Positions 32,714 through 41,875 of a DNA stretch of 64,000 nucleotides are shown in pieces. The stretch comes from an uncultured Clostridia bacterium (GTDB lineage: Bacteria; Bacillota; Clostridia; Oscillospirales; CAG-272), in assembly GCA_944392615.1 (NCBI GenBank), contig CALXXF010000001.1, positions 48,569-112,568 of the forward strand, read 5' to 3'. A model generated the notes under the pieces. The model was not told the origin of the DNA and ran no database searches. It saw only the letters and a list, made by a program, of their open reading frames with translations. The translations under genes and the position numbers were made by a program. Numbering within the stretch: the stretch's first letter is position 1; each line of letters opens with the position of its first letter.

Positions 32714-33029
32714 GCTGCATGCAATATGACGAGCAACGGCGTTTCGTATAATTCCGGGCGCCGATTTAGAGGATAATGCCTGAATTGAGTTTGCCTTTGC
32801 TCGGACTTTCTGCAAGGCTTGTAGCCTTATTAAGGTAATACAGAAAGCAATTTACATGTGAAAACGCCGGTCCGCACTTATGTGTGGACCGGCGTCCTTC
32901 GATTTTTGATATCAATGAAAAAAATCAAAAAGCTGTCAGAAAATCAGAGAGTCGATAGAAAGGCAGAAAGGCGTGACGCTGCCGCGGGTGCTACAATTAG
33001 TGCGTCTCCTTCAGGCGGTGCGCGGGATA

Positions 33030-33899
33030 TCAGTCGGAATTTTCCTGCGTCTGTGTACGTTTGTCGGCTTCGGTCTCTGCCCCGGTACCGGAATCGGTTT
33101 TCGAGGTGGTATCGGAAGACGCTGAGGCGGCAGGGGCAACCTGTTCTGCTGCTGAAGGCTTTTTTACTATCTCTCCGCCGCATACACTGCAAAACCGGGT
33201 ACCCGGCTCAGCCTTTTGACCGCACTTTGAGCATACGTTTTCTTCTTTTACGTAGGTCTGGGACACTATGACCGCCCCGCATGAACTGCAGAACTTATCC
33301 CCTGATTTGGCTTTTTTACCGCATTTTGGACACAAATACACTGTCAAAACGATATCCCCGGAAGTGCGGTGGTTTTTCTGAAGCAGCTTGAGGGCAACGA
33401 CGCTGCCGACAGTTATGACTATTGATACAAACACGCCGGCAGAAAGTCCTATTCCCGATTTGTAAAGAGATGTTATATAGGTTCGGCTGGATACCGAAAG
33501 AACAATGAGAAAAATCAGAAGAAGTATGTTCAACGCGGCGATAATGAAGAGCCCGATTTCACCGAGTACAGCGCTTCTTATTTTTCCGATGCTGTCCGGG
33601 AACGCCTTAAAATATCCGAGCTCTTTTATGAGTCCCATGATCCCCCATGCAAGCAGCGCAATGCCCACAACGAGTACAAGTATCTGTATAACAGAGCTCA
33701 TTATTCCGCCGAACCCCTGTCCCCACAGGTCCATCACACGGTATCCCGATTCCCCTGTAGACTCGGTCGTCCATTTGCCTGACCCGTTGGAGTATGAGTG
33801 ATAATATGTAATGTATGGAATTGCCAGAAGTATGAAATTAAGGAATCCGATACCGGCGCAAAAAAGATAAGTTAAATTGTTTTTAAACTTTTCAGGCAT
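33030..33899 (-). CDS. Membrane protein with a C-terminal double zinc ribbon and an S/T/E-rich tail
   Basis: Four or more TM helices, then CPKCGKK...CSSCGA and CSKCGQK...CSVCGG. RBS is ggagg, 7 nt before the ATG. Confidence 0.7.
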   Translation of the reverse strand: MPEKFKNNLTYLFCAGIGFLNFILLAIPYITYYHSYSNGSGKWTTESTGESGYRVMDLWGQGFGGIMSSVIQILVLVVGIALLAWGIMGLIKELGYFKAFPDSIGKIRSAVLGEIGLFIIAALNILLLIFLIVLSVSSRTYITSLYKSGIGLSAGVFVSIVITVGSVVALKLLQKNHRTSGDIVLTVYLCPKCGKKAKSGDKFCSSCGAVIVSQTYVKEENVCSKCGQKAEPGTRFCSVCGGEIVKKPSAAEQVAPAASASSDTTSKTDSGTGAETEADKRTQTQENSD

Positions 33900-34197
33900 G
33901 AAAAAACCTCCATTCCGGTAACGGCGGGCTCATGCTCCGCCGTTTATGACTGCATTGATGAAAAAACGCGATACCTTCCACCGAGATTATAACACTTATT
34001 TCATGTAAGGTCAACATTTTTTTAACTTTTATAAGCTTGCCGTATACATGACAGCACTCTCGGTGCTTCATAAAAAATGCCTCTTAAAGAGCTTATCTTT
34101 TATTGGTTTTGCCGTCTGCAGACTTTATGTATTGACATAAGGACAAAAAAGGTATATACTGAAGGTGTCGTATGAAGACTACGGGAGTTGAAAAATA

Positions 34198-34947
34198 ATG
34201 AAGATTATTGCAAGTGACTATGACGGTACTCTCAACCGCTCGGGAATATCCGACTCCGTTCGGAAAGCCATAGATATGTGGCGTGAACACGGGAACATTT
34301 TCGGTATTGTTACCGGAAGGGGTATAGGAAACGTACTGTCTGTGATGCGGCGAGACAATTTCAAAAGCGACTTTTTTGTGGCAAATAACGGCTCTGTCGT
34401 GGCTGATACATCAGGCAATATCCTCTTTTGCCACACCGGCGATACGTCGGTGACGTGCGATGTGTGCCGTCTCATACTCGCACACGGGTGCGGCGCCGCG
34501 TGTGTAAATTATGTTGATTCCGAGGTTTTCGTATGCTCTTCCGATTTTGCCGGGAAGAATAAAGATTACATCACTATAGATTCATTTTCGGACATAAAGG
34601 GCTTTACGCAGATTTCGACCGTATGCCGGGACGATCCGTCATCAGAGCGTCTCACGGCTGTAATCAACGATGTATTCGGAGGATATGTTTCGGCATTTCA
34701 AAACGGTATTTGTATAGATATTGTTCCGTCGGGTGTGGACAAAGCCTCCGGTATTCGTAAGCTGCTTGAGCTGAAGTCGCTTGGCGAGGACGCCGTGTGT
34801 ACTGTAGGGGACAACAACAATGATCTTGCGATGATAAAGGCGTTCAGAAGCTACGCTGTGCAAAATGCCATAGATGCGGTGAAAAAAACCGCCGATTATA
34901 CTGTATCGGACATAGCTGAATTGATAGAAAGGGAATTGAGAAAATGA
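34198..34947 (+). CDS. Cof-type HAD-IIB hydrolase
   Basis: IASDYDGTLN...GDNNNDLAM motifs. Confidence 0.85.
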   Translation: MKIIASDYDGTLNRSGISDSVRKAIDMWREHGNIFGIVTGRGIGNVLSVMRRDNFKSDFFVANNGSVVADTSGNILFCHTGDTSVTCDVCRLILAHGCGAACVNYVDSEVFVCSSDFAGKNKDYITIDSFSDIKGFTQISTVCRDDPSSERLTAVINDVFGGYVSAFQNGICIDIVPSGVDKASGIRKLLELKSLGEDAVCTVGDNNNDLAMIKAFRSYAVQNAIDAVKKTADYTVSDIAELIERELRK

Positions 34948-35783
34948 AAAAGGTGATTTTGATTGCTTTGATGGTGCTGGTAGCTGTGCTTGTAGTCGCC
35001 TGTGCCGGTCCGGCTGAACCTGCAGATACGGATTCGTCAACGACGCCGGCGGGCACTGCTTCCGGGACGCAGGGTACCGAAAATTCAACAGAACCGGAGG
35101 ACAGTGAAGTGTCAACAAAACCAGATGAGACAACCGAAGAACCACAAACTACAGAGGCTCCCGAAGACAAGACGTATCCGATTAACGGAAAGACGTTTAT
35201 ATTTCTCGGCTCCTCGGTGACATACGGGTCTGCCTCAGGCGGATACTCATTTGCCGATTATATACGCGACGACTATGACTGCACCTGTATAAAAGAAGCT
35301 GTTTCCGGCACGACGCTTGTAGACAACGGCTCGGATTCGTATGTACAGAGAATGCTCAAGATTGACAAGACGATAGATGCCGACCATTTTATATGTCAGC
35401 TTTCTACAAATGATGCCTCGCAGGGCAAACCGCTCGGAAAGGTCAGCGAGTCCATGGAGCTTGAGGATTTTGATACCCGCACGATAATAGGCGCCATGGA
35501 ATATATAATCTGTTATGCTAAAGAGACATGGGACTGCCCGGTGTCATTCTATACCGGAACAAAATACGACAGCGTCGCATACGGTAAAATGGTTGACGCG
35601 CTGTATGAGCTTCAGGAAAAATGGGGCATAGGCATAATAGACCTCTGGAACGATGAAGAGATGAATTCTATTTCCGAATCCAAATATAATTCCTATATGA
35701 GCGATCCCATACATCCCAATAGACTCGGATACAAGGTGTGGTGGACTCCCAAGTTTGTTGAGTTTCTTGAAAAGTATGAGTAA
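34944..35783 (+). CDS. SGNH/GDSL-type hydrolase lipoprotein
   Basis: Lipobox VVACAG, FIFLGSSVTYG (GDS-like block I), and a C-terminal DxxH-like HPN. Overlaps the upstream gene by ATGA. Confidence 0.7.
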   Translation: MKKVILIALMVLVAVLVVACAGPAEPADTDSSTTPAGTASGTQGTENSTEPEDSEVSTKPDETTEEPQTTEAPEDKTYPINGKTFIFLGSSVTYGSASGGYSFADYIRDDYDCTCIKEAVSGTTLVDNGSDSYVQRMLKIDKTIDADHFICQLSTNDASQGKPLGKVSESMELEDFDTRTIIGAMEYIICYAKETWDCPVSFYTGTKYDSVAYGKMVDALYELQEKWGIGIIDLWNDEEMNSISESKYNSYMSDPIHPNRLGYKVWWTPKFVEFLEKYE

Positions 35784-35859
35784 TATTTTCCTTTTGATGT
35801 TGGGGAGAGTTTTTGCAAAAATCACTTGACAAATCGTTTTAAGTGTGATATAAGAGTCA

Positions 35860-36075
35860 GTAACGGGTATGTGAGCTGCCCGTTGAAAAACAGACACGTC
35901 CTGCGCATGTCGCCTGTACAGAGAGCGGCGGGTGCTGAGAAAGCCGACTGGAGCGAGGCGCCGGGTACCACTGTTTTTTTACAATTAAGGAACATATTCA
36001 AGAGTTAAAGCTCGGGTGGAACCGTGCGGAAGTTTTTCCACACCCCGGACATTTTGTCCGGGGTGTTTTGTTTCA
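35860..36075 (+). promoter_or_regulatory. T-box leader (likely threonine-specific) with an intrinsic terminator, upstream of thrS; promoter TTGACA..TATAAG at 35825-35853
   Basis: AGAGA box, the T-box sequence aagctcgggtggaaccgtgcgg (36007-36029), and a terminator caccccggaca..tgtccggggtg + T-run (36039-36075). Confidence 0.7.
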
Positions 36076-36180
36076 GAATGTCCGACGGCAGCAAACGGCG
36101 TGTGACGGAACTTTTGCTGCCGGCAGATACACTTAGCAAGAGCACGACTGCCCGTGTCTTATGAAAAGGAGTTTGGTTAT

Positions 36181-38109
36181 ATGAAGGTAAAAGTAAATGA
36201 CATTGAGGTTTCCTCTGAAAACATCGTTTCTGTTTACGACGCCATCAAAGAAGCGGGGCTTATGACGCGCGATGTGATCGCTGCTTCAATGGATGGAAAA
36301 ACAGTCGAGCTGACAAAAAAAGCAGAGGAAGGCTGTGCTTTGACTCCTCTTACGTTTTGCGACGAAGAAGGAAAAGACGTCTTCAATCACACTGCCTCGC
36401 ACATACTCGCTCAGGCGGTCAAAAGACTTTTCCCCGAGTCCAAGCTGACGATAGGTCCTGCTGTTGAGAGCGGTTTCTACTACGACATAGATACAGATGT
36501 CTCGGTAACGCCCGATGTGCTTGACAAACTCGAAGTGGAAATGCGCAAGATTGTCAAGGAAAACCTGAAAATAGAGAGATTTACCCTGAGCCGCGATGAC
36601 GCGGTGAAGCTCATGAAGGAGAGAAACGAAGACTATAAGGTCCTTCTTATTTCCCGCATACCGGAAGATGAAGAGGTCTCGTTCTACAGGCAGGGAGAGT
36701 TCGTTGACCTCTGCGCAGGTCCGCATCTCTTTTCCACCGGCGCCGTAAAGGCATTCAAGCTGACTCAATGTACCGGGGCTTACTGGGAAGGAAAGAGCGA
36801 AAACAAGATGCTCAAAAGAATATACGGAGTTGCGTTTCCGTCAAAGGAGATGCTGTCGGAGCATCTGACCATGCTTGAAGAGGCCAAAAAAAGAGATCAC
36901 AACAAACTGGGACGCGAGCTTGAGCTTTTCACTACGTCTGAGCTCATTGGACAGGGCCTGCCTATACTTCTGCCGAAGGGGGCAAGGATAATTCAGACTC
37001 TGCAGCGCTTTGTCGAGGACGAAGAGCAGAAAAGAGGATGGCAGCTAACCAAGACGCCCTATATGGCAAAAAGCGATCTTTATAAGCTCTCCGGACACTG
37101 GGATCATTACCGGGACGGAATGTTTGTGCTGGGTGATCCTGAAAAGGACAAGGAGGTCTTTGCTCTGCGCCCTATGACATGTCCTTTCCAGTATCAGGCA
37201 TATCTGAATAAAGGACGTTCGTATCGCGATTTACCGCTGAGGTACAATGAAACCTCTACTCTGTTCAGAAACGAGGCGTCCGGTGAGATGCACGGGCTCA
37301 TACGCGTCCGCCAGTTTACGATATCCGAAGGGCACCTCATGTGCACTCCCGAACAGCTTGAGTCTGAATTTGCTGGCTGTCTTGACCTCGCAATATACAT
37401 GCTGAAGACGCTCGGACTTTATGAGGATGTCAGCTACAGATTTTCACAGTGGGATCCTGACGACAGGGATAAGTATATAGGAACTGCGGAGCAGTGGAAC
37501 GAGGCTCAAAGCGTTATGAAAAACATCCTTGACGATCTCGGCATAAATTACAAGGTCGGTATAGGAGAAGCTGCATTTTACGGACCGAAGCTCGACATAC
37601 AGATACGCAACGTGTTCGGAAAGGAAGACACGCTCATAACCATACAGATAGACCAGCAGCTTGCTGAAAAATTCGGAATGGAATACACCGACAAGGACGG
37701 GACAAAAAAGAACCCGTATATTATTCACCGCACGTCGATAGGCTGTTATGAACGCACCCTTGCGCTTCTTATTGAAAAATATGCCGGCGCTTTCCCGCTC
37801 TGGCTTGCTCCTGTGCAGGTAAAGATCCTTCCTATCGGCGACGCTCAGAGTGAGTATGCGCACGGCGTCGCAGACAGACTTTCTTCTCTCGGTATGAGAG
37901 TGGAGGTAGACGACAGGAATGAAAAGATAGGCTATAAGATCCGAGAGGCGCAGGTGACAAAAATACCATATATGCTCGTCATAGGCGCCAACGAGGTGGA
38001 AAACGGTACTGTTTCGGTACGCTCAAGAAAGGACGGCGCTACTACGGTAATGACTGCAGGGGATTTTGCTGATGCCGCACTTGAGGAAATAAGGACAAAA
38101 AGGATTTGA
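36181..38109 (+). CDS. thrS: Threonyl-tRNA synthetase
   Basis: 642 aa with TGS, editing, class-II core (motifs 2 and 3), and anticodon-binding domains. RBS is aaaggag. Confidence 0.95.
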   Translation: MKVKVNDIEVSSENIVSVYDAIKEAGLMTRDVIAASMDGKTVELTKKAEEGCALTPLTFCDEEGKDVFNHTASHILAQAVKRLFPESKLTIGPAVESGFYYDIDTDVSVTPDVLDKLEVEMRKIVKENLKIERFTLSRDDAVKLMKERNEDYKVLLISRIPEDEEVSFYRQGEFVDLCAGPHLFSTGAVKAFKLTQCTGAYWEGKSENKMLKRIYGVAFPSKEMLSEHLTMLEEAKKRDHNKLGRELELFTTSELIGQGLPILLPKGARIIQTLQRFVEDEEQKRGWQLTKTPYMAKSDLYKLSGHWDHYRDGMFVLGDPEKDKEVFALRPMTCPFQYQAYLNKGRSYRDLPLRYNETSTLFRNEASGEMHGLIRVRQFTISEGHLMCTPEQLESEFAGCLDLAIYMLKTLGLYEDVSYRFSQWDPDDRDKYIGTAEQWNEAQSVMKNILDDLGINYKVGIGEAAFYGPKLDIQIRNVFGKEDTLITIQIDQQLAEKFGMEYTDKDGTKKNPYIIHRTSIGCYERTLALLIEKYAGAFPLWLAPVQVKILPIGDAQSEYAHGVADRLSSLGMRVEVDDRNEKIGYKIREAQVTKIPYMLVIGANEVENGTVSVRSRKDGATTVMTAGDFADAALEEIRTKRI

Positions 38110-38171
38110 CCGCACATTGACTGCACATTTGACCGAATATTGACAGACCGCCTTCCGGCGGGGCAGTATAA

Positions 38172-38215
38172 ACAGCGCCGGCAGGAATCTGAAAGCCTGC
38201 CGGCGCGTCTGTTTT
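38172..38215 (+). terminator. Rho-independent terminator after thrS (gcgccggcagg..cctgccggcgc + T-run)
   Basis: An 11-bp perfect stem. Confidence 0.75.
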
Positions 38216-38289
38216 AACACACAGCCTGCGCATCAAATGCCGGATTTTTTGCAAAGGCTGAACTGCTTACATTTGAATTGAGGAAACCG

Positions 38290-39120
38290 ATGCTGCATGA
38301 AATATCAGAGCTTTTTTCGGAATTTGGAATAGAGTATGCGGACGCTGTCCCGTTTTCGGAATGTACCGTAATAAACAGAGGAAAGATGCGGCGTATTGGT
38401 TTTGAACCGCAAACAGCCATAGTTTTTGCGGTGCCGTATTTAAGACGCTTTTACGATGACATCAATATATCCCTGTACGCCGTTTCGGAGGACTATCATA
38501 TATTCTTCTCGCGGCTTTTTTCCGAGTTGCTTTTGCGGCTTGGGAAAATGTTCCCTGATGGTCGCTTTGCCGCCTTTGCGGACAATTCCCCGATAGATGA
38601 GAGAACTGCCGCCGCAAAGGCAGGGCTTGGTGTCATAGGGGAAAACGGGCTTCTTATAAACGATAAATATGCGTCTTTTGTATTCATCGGAGAGCTTATT
38701 ACCGATGTTCCGCCCCGGTTCATCGTTACACGAGGTGATTTTACAGTATACAGATGCGAGGGGTGCGGCAGGTGTACGGAGGCATGTCCGCAAAAGGGCG
38801 GTCAATGCCTTTCGGCGCTCACTCAGAAAAAAGGCGAGCTTACACAATCTGAAAAAGAAATGATCAAAGCCTCCGGATGCGCATGGGGATGTGACATATG
38901 TCAGCTTGTCTGTCCGCACTCCACAACCGCTGCCATGTCTGAAATAGCCTTTTTTTCTGAAAAACCGATAGCCAGACTGACAAGAGACATCATAAGTGCC
39001 ATGAATGACGACGAGTTTATGAGAAGGGCGTATGCCTGGCGAGGAAAAAAGACTATATTGCGAAACCTTGAACTTCTTGAACTCCCCGAAAGCGAAGTGA
39101 AAGATACTTTCACCGTATAA
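38290..39120 (+). CDS. 4Fe-4S protein related to epoxyqueuosine reductase QueG (short form)
   Basis: Two ferredoxin-type cluster motifs, CEGCGRCTEACP and CDICQLVCP, preceded by a DUF1730-like N-terminal region. Confidence 0.45.
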   Translation: MLHEISELFSEFGIEYADAVPFSECTVINRGKMRRIGFEPQTAIVFAVPYLRRFYDDINISLYAVSEDYHIFFSRLFSELLLRLGKMFPDGRFAAFADNSPIDERTAAAKAGLGVIGENGLLINDKYASFVFIGELITDVPPRFIVTRGDFTVYRCEGCGRCTEACPQKGGQCLSALTQKKGELTQSEKEMIKASGCAWGCDICQLVCPHSTTAAMSEIAFFSEKPIARLTRDIISAMNDDEFMRRAYAWRGKKTILRNLELLELPESEVKDTFTV

Positions 39121-39170
39121 AAAAGTATTTGTGCGGAAAACTGTAAAAAAAGGCAAAGGAGAAAGCGTTC

Positions 39171-40145
39171 ATGAACTACTATACAGACAGGCGGAAGGTT
39201 GTGCTTATAGGAGCCGGAATGGTGGGCATGTCGTTTGCGTATGTCCTGATGTACAGTCACGTATGCGATGAGCTTGCCATAATCGATGTGGATGAGAAAA
39301 AGGCAAGGGGAGAGGCGATGGATCTGAATCACGGACTCGCATTTTCCGGGGGCAATATGAAAATATATGCTTCAGACTACAACAGTGTCGCTGACGCAGA
39401 CATTGTCGTCATAACAGCGGGCGTCTCGCAGAAGCCGGGTGAATCGAGAATATCGCTTCTGAGGCGTAATTCAGCCATACTTTCGTCTATAGCTGAAAAA
39501 TGCGTAAAGAACGGATTCGACGGTATCTTTGTGATTGCAACAAATCCGGTTGACCTTATGACAGATATGGTTCAGAGAAAAACCGGCTTCCCGAAAGGAA
39601 GGGTGCTCGGAAGCGGGACCACCCTTGATACAGCGCGGCTGCGCTATCTTGTAGGAAGCTATTTCGGAGTTGACCCAAGAAACGTACATGCGTATGTGAT
39701 AGGGGAGCACGGAGACAGCGAGTTTGTTCCGATGTCTCAGGCGTATATATCGACTAAGAGTCTTTTGTCAATATGCGCTCAGACTGACAACAACTTTGAC
39801 GAGTCGGAGCTCTACGAGATAGAGGACGAGGTGAGAGGGGCTGCCCAGGCAATAATTGAAGCAAAGGGCGCCACATATTACGGTATAGGACTGGCGGTGC
39901 TTCGCATAGTGAGGGCAATATTCGGAAATGAAAAGAGTATCCTTACCGTATCTGCGATGCTCGACGGAGAATACGGTGAGCACGATGTATATATAGGGGT
40001 CCCCGCACTTATAACCCGCGAGGGAGTCAAGAGGGTAATTGAGCTTGACCTTACCGAAAAAGAACGCGAAAAGCTCTCTGCATCATGTGATTTTCTGCGT
40101 TCAGTAAAAAAAGAGGTACTCCGGGCAGGGACCGAGGTGTTCTGA
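39171..40145 (+). CDS. ldh: L-lactate dehydrogenase
   Basis: VVLIGAGMVGMSFAY..., an LDH substrate loop, and a catalytic His region (GEHGDS). Confidence 0.9.
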   Translation: MNYYTDRRKVVLIGAGMVGMSFAYVLMYSHVCDELAIIDVDEKKARGEAMDLNHGLAFSGGNMKIYASDYNSVADADIVVITAGVSQKPGESRISLLRRNSAILSSIAEKCVKNGFDGIFVIATNPVDLMTDMVQRKTGFPKGRVLGSGTTLDTARLRYLVGSYFGVDPRNVHAYVIGEHGDSEFVPMSQAYISTKSLLSICAQTDNNFDESELYEIEDEVRGAAQAIIEAKGATYYGIGLAVLRIVRAIFGNEKSILTVSAMLDGEYGEHDVYIGVPALITREGVKRVIELDLTEKEREKLSASCDFLRSVKKEVLRAGTEVF

Positions 40146-40362
40146 CATATTTGACGCTGGCGTCCGATCGTTTCTTTTTCCGCAGTGCGTTGCAAGAATA
40201 CACGGATTCAGGAAAAGACGTGCGCATGACGCTCGGAACGCTTTGTATGTTTCTGCGGCGGGCTTACGCTCCCCAGCTGTTCGCATCAGGAGAGCCTGAG
40301 CATGCACAGACTGATTTGAGCCGTTTTTCTGTGTGCTGAATGAACATTTTTTGCTTGAATTA

Positions 40363-40407
40363 TAAGAGCCGGTACTGTATTAAGGCAGTACCGGCTCTTG
40401 TTTTTTT
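40363..40407. terminator. Strong hairpin with a T-run (aagagccggtactg..cagtaccggctctt + T8)
   Basis: A 14-bp stem, about 220 nt downstream of ldh. Confidence 0.7.
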
Positions 40408-40639
40408 ATTAGGTGACGGTAAGAAATTCTCCACGGCTTTGACACGCGGTGAGGGAAAGTACGGTATGACCGTTTGTCGGATTACTACATTGTACCGCAT
40501 ATATGATGGCAATATTACTATTGACAAGTCATGTATGATATGGTAAAATATGCTCGGATTGTAAGAATAGTATTCATTTACTGTTACGTTGTGATTCTTT
40601 TTACGGTTGATGCCGATTTTATCTTTCGGGGGTGATAAT

Positions 40640-41161
40640 GTGCGTGAGGCTTGGGATGTATACGGCGAGGATTTTATGCCAATAAACGGAAGGATCGCAT
40701 ACCGCGGAAGACATGACCTCGGCGCACATGAGTACCATCTTGTTGTATATGCATGGATAATTTCGGATGACAACCGCATAATACTTTCAAAAAGACAGAA
40801 GGGAAAATCATTCAGCGGTCTTTGGGAGTGTACAGGCGGCTGCGCCAAGGCGGGCGAGGATTCCAAATCCGCCGTTTTGCGTGAAGTATCGGAGGAGCTT
40901 GGTATAACACTTGACCCCGTTTCAGGAGAACTTTACAGGCGGTACAAAAGGCGTTATCCTGTGGGTGCCAAAGCTATATGCGACGTCTGGATATTCAGAC
41001 AGAATATCGATATTTCGCTTATAGTGCCTCAGAAGGAAGAGGTGAGCGAGGTACGCACGGTGAGCGCAGAGGAGCTATTGAGCATGCATAAAAACGGAGC
41101 CTTCAAAAAGCGCTATCTGTACGTAGAGGATATGCTTGAAAAATTCTGCGGCGTCACCTGA
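40640..41161 (+). CDS. NUDIX hydrolase
   Basis: A Nudix box (GGCAKAGEDSKSAVLREVSEELGI). GTG start after the RBS gggggtga, in frame with ORF 40607-41161. Promoter TTGACA..TAAAAT at about 40523-40551. Confidence 0.75.
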   Translation: MREAWDVYGEDFMPINGRIAYRGRHDLGAHEYHLVVYAWIISDDNRIILSKRQKGKSFSGLWECTGGCAKAGEDSKSAVLREVSEELGITLDPVSGELYRRYKRRYPVGAKAICDVWIFRQNIDISLIVPQKEEVSEVRTVSAEELLSMHKNGAFKKRYLYVEDMLEKFCGVT

Positions 41162-41668
41162 CGAGGGAAGTGTCACCTGATGAGCGAAGTGATTTCGAGA
41201 GAAGTTGCCTCGCTGTGCCGGATGTTTATGGCTGGTTCACACAGCAGAGAGCGTCTGTCTGTGTATTTTATGTCTTTTCGATCATCTTGTGTATTGTAAA
41301 TATCCGGGTGAGCTTTCCGGACATTCCGGCTTGTAAAGTTTACCGTGAGAGCGCTGCGCTATTATGCGTGCGCATACTGTAAGGAAAGGCAGCGCAGAAA
41401 ACCGAAAACAAAAAATCTGAGCGTTTACAACAGCTCAGATTTTTTTAGTTTACCTGTGATTCTTATTTGCCTGTATGACTGTCCTTTATCGCGGCTCAAT
41501 ATGTGATTTTTTTGTTCTTATATGCTTTGATGCGCGATGAAGCCGCATCGGCGGTTATGGGTTTACGGTGCGCCGTTTTTTAAAAGACAGCATATGTGTG
41601 TATACTTAAAAACGCACGTCAGGCTTACAAGTGCGTACGCTCAGCAGTGATGCGGATACCGCGGTGAC

Positions 41669-41767
41669 TCAGGCCTGCTTGCGGCTTTTTTTCGGCTTGT
41701 CGATGCCAAACACACGGCGCAGAAGGGGCTTGAACACGCCCGGCGCCTTTACGGTGACGATCTTCAA
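41669..41767 (-). CDS. spoVM: SpoVM-like small sporulation protein (32 aa; not in the ORF track)
   Basis: TTG start 8 nt after the RBS AAAGAGG. The peptide MKIVTVKAPGVFKPLLRRVFGIDKPKKSRKQA aligns with B. subtilis SpoVM (MKFYTIKLPKFLGGIVRAMLGSFRKD). Its own terminator (acgcac..gtgcgt + T5) lies at about 41606-41636. Located immediately downstream of rsgA, matching the Bacillus gene order. Confidence 0.5.
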   Translation of the reverse strand: MKIVTVKAPGVFKPLLRRVFGIDKPKKSRKQA

Positions 41768-41875
41768 CTGCATGACCTCTTTTCAGTATTTGAACATTGT
41801 TGGAAATGTCTTCACTGCATTATATGCTGATTTTATATATTAGTTCATCTCCCTTCGCTTTCCGGTGTAAAGGTT

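Noticed and set aside
31516-32736. Minus-strand ORFs antisense to the flotillin gene (31516-32112, 31610-32212, 32167-32736)
   Set aside because: Artefacts of the low-complexity E/A/K-rich coiled-coil coding sequence, which is open in several frames.
41140-41200. Duplicated CTGAYGAG-containing motif (gtcacctgaNgag.gaagtg x2) straddling the NUDIX stop, reminiscent of a hammerhead ribozyme core
   Set aside because: The required GAAA core element and the three-stem arrangement are not satisfied. It is most likely a small local duplication.
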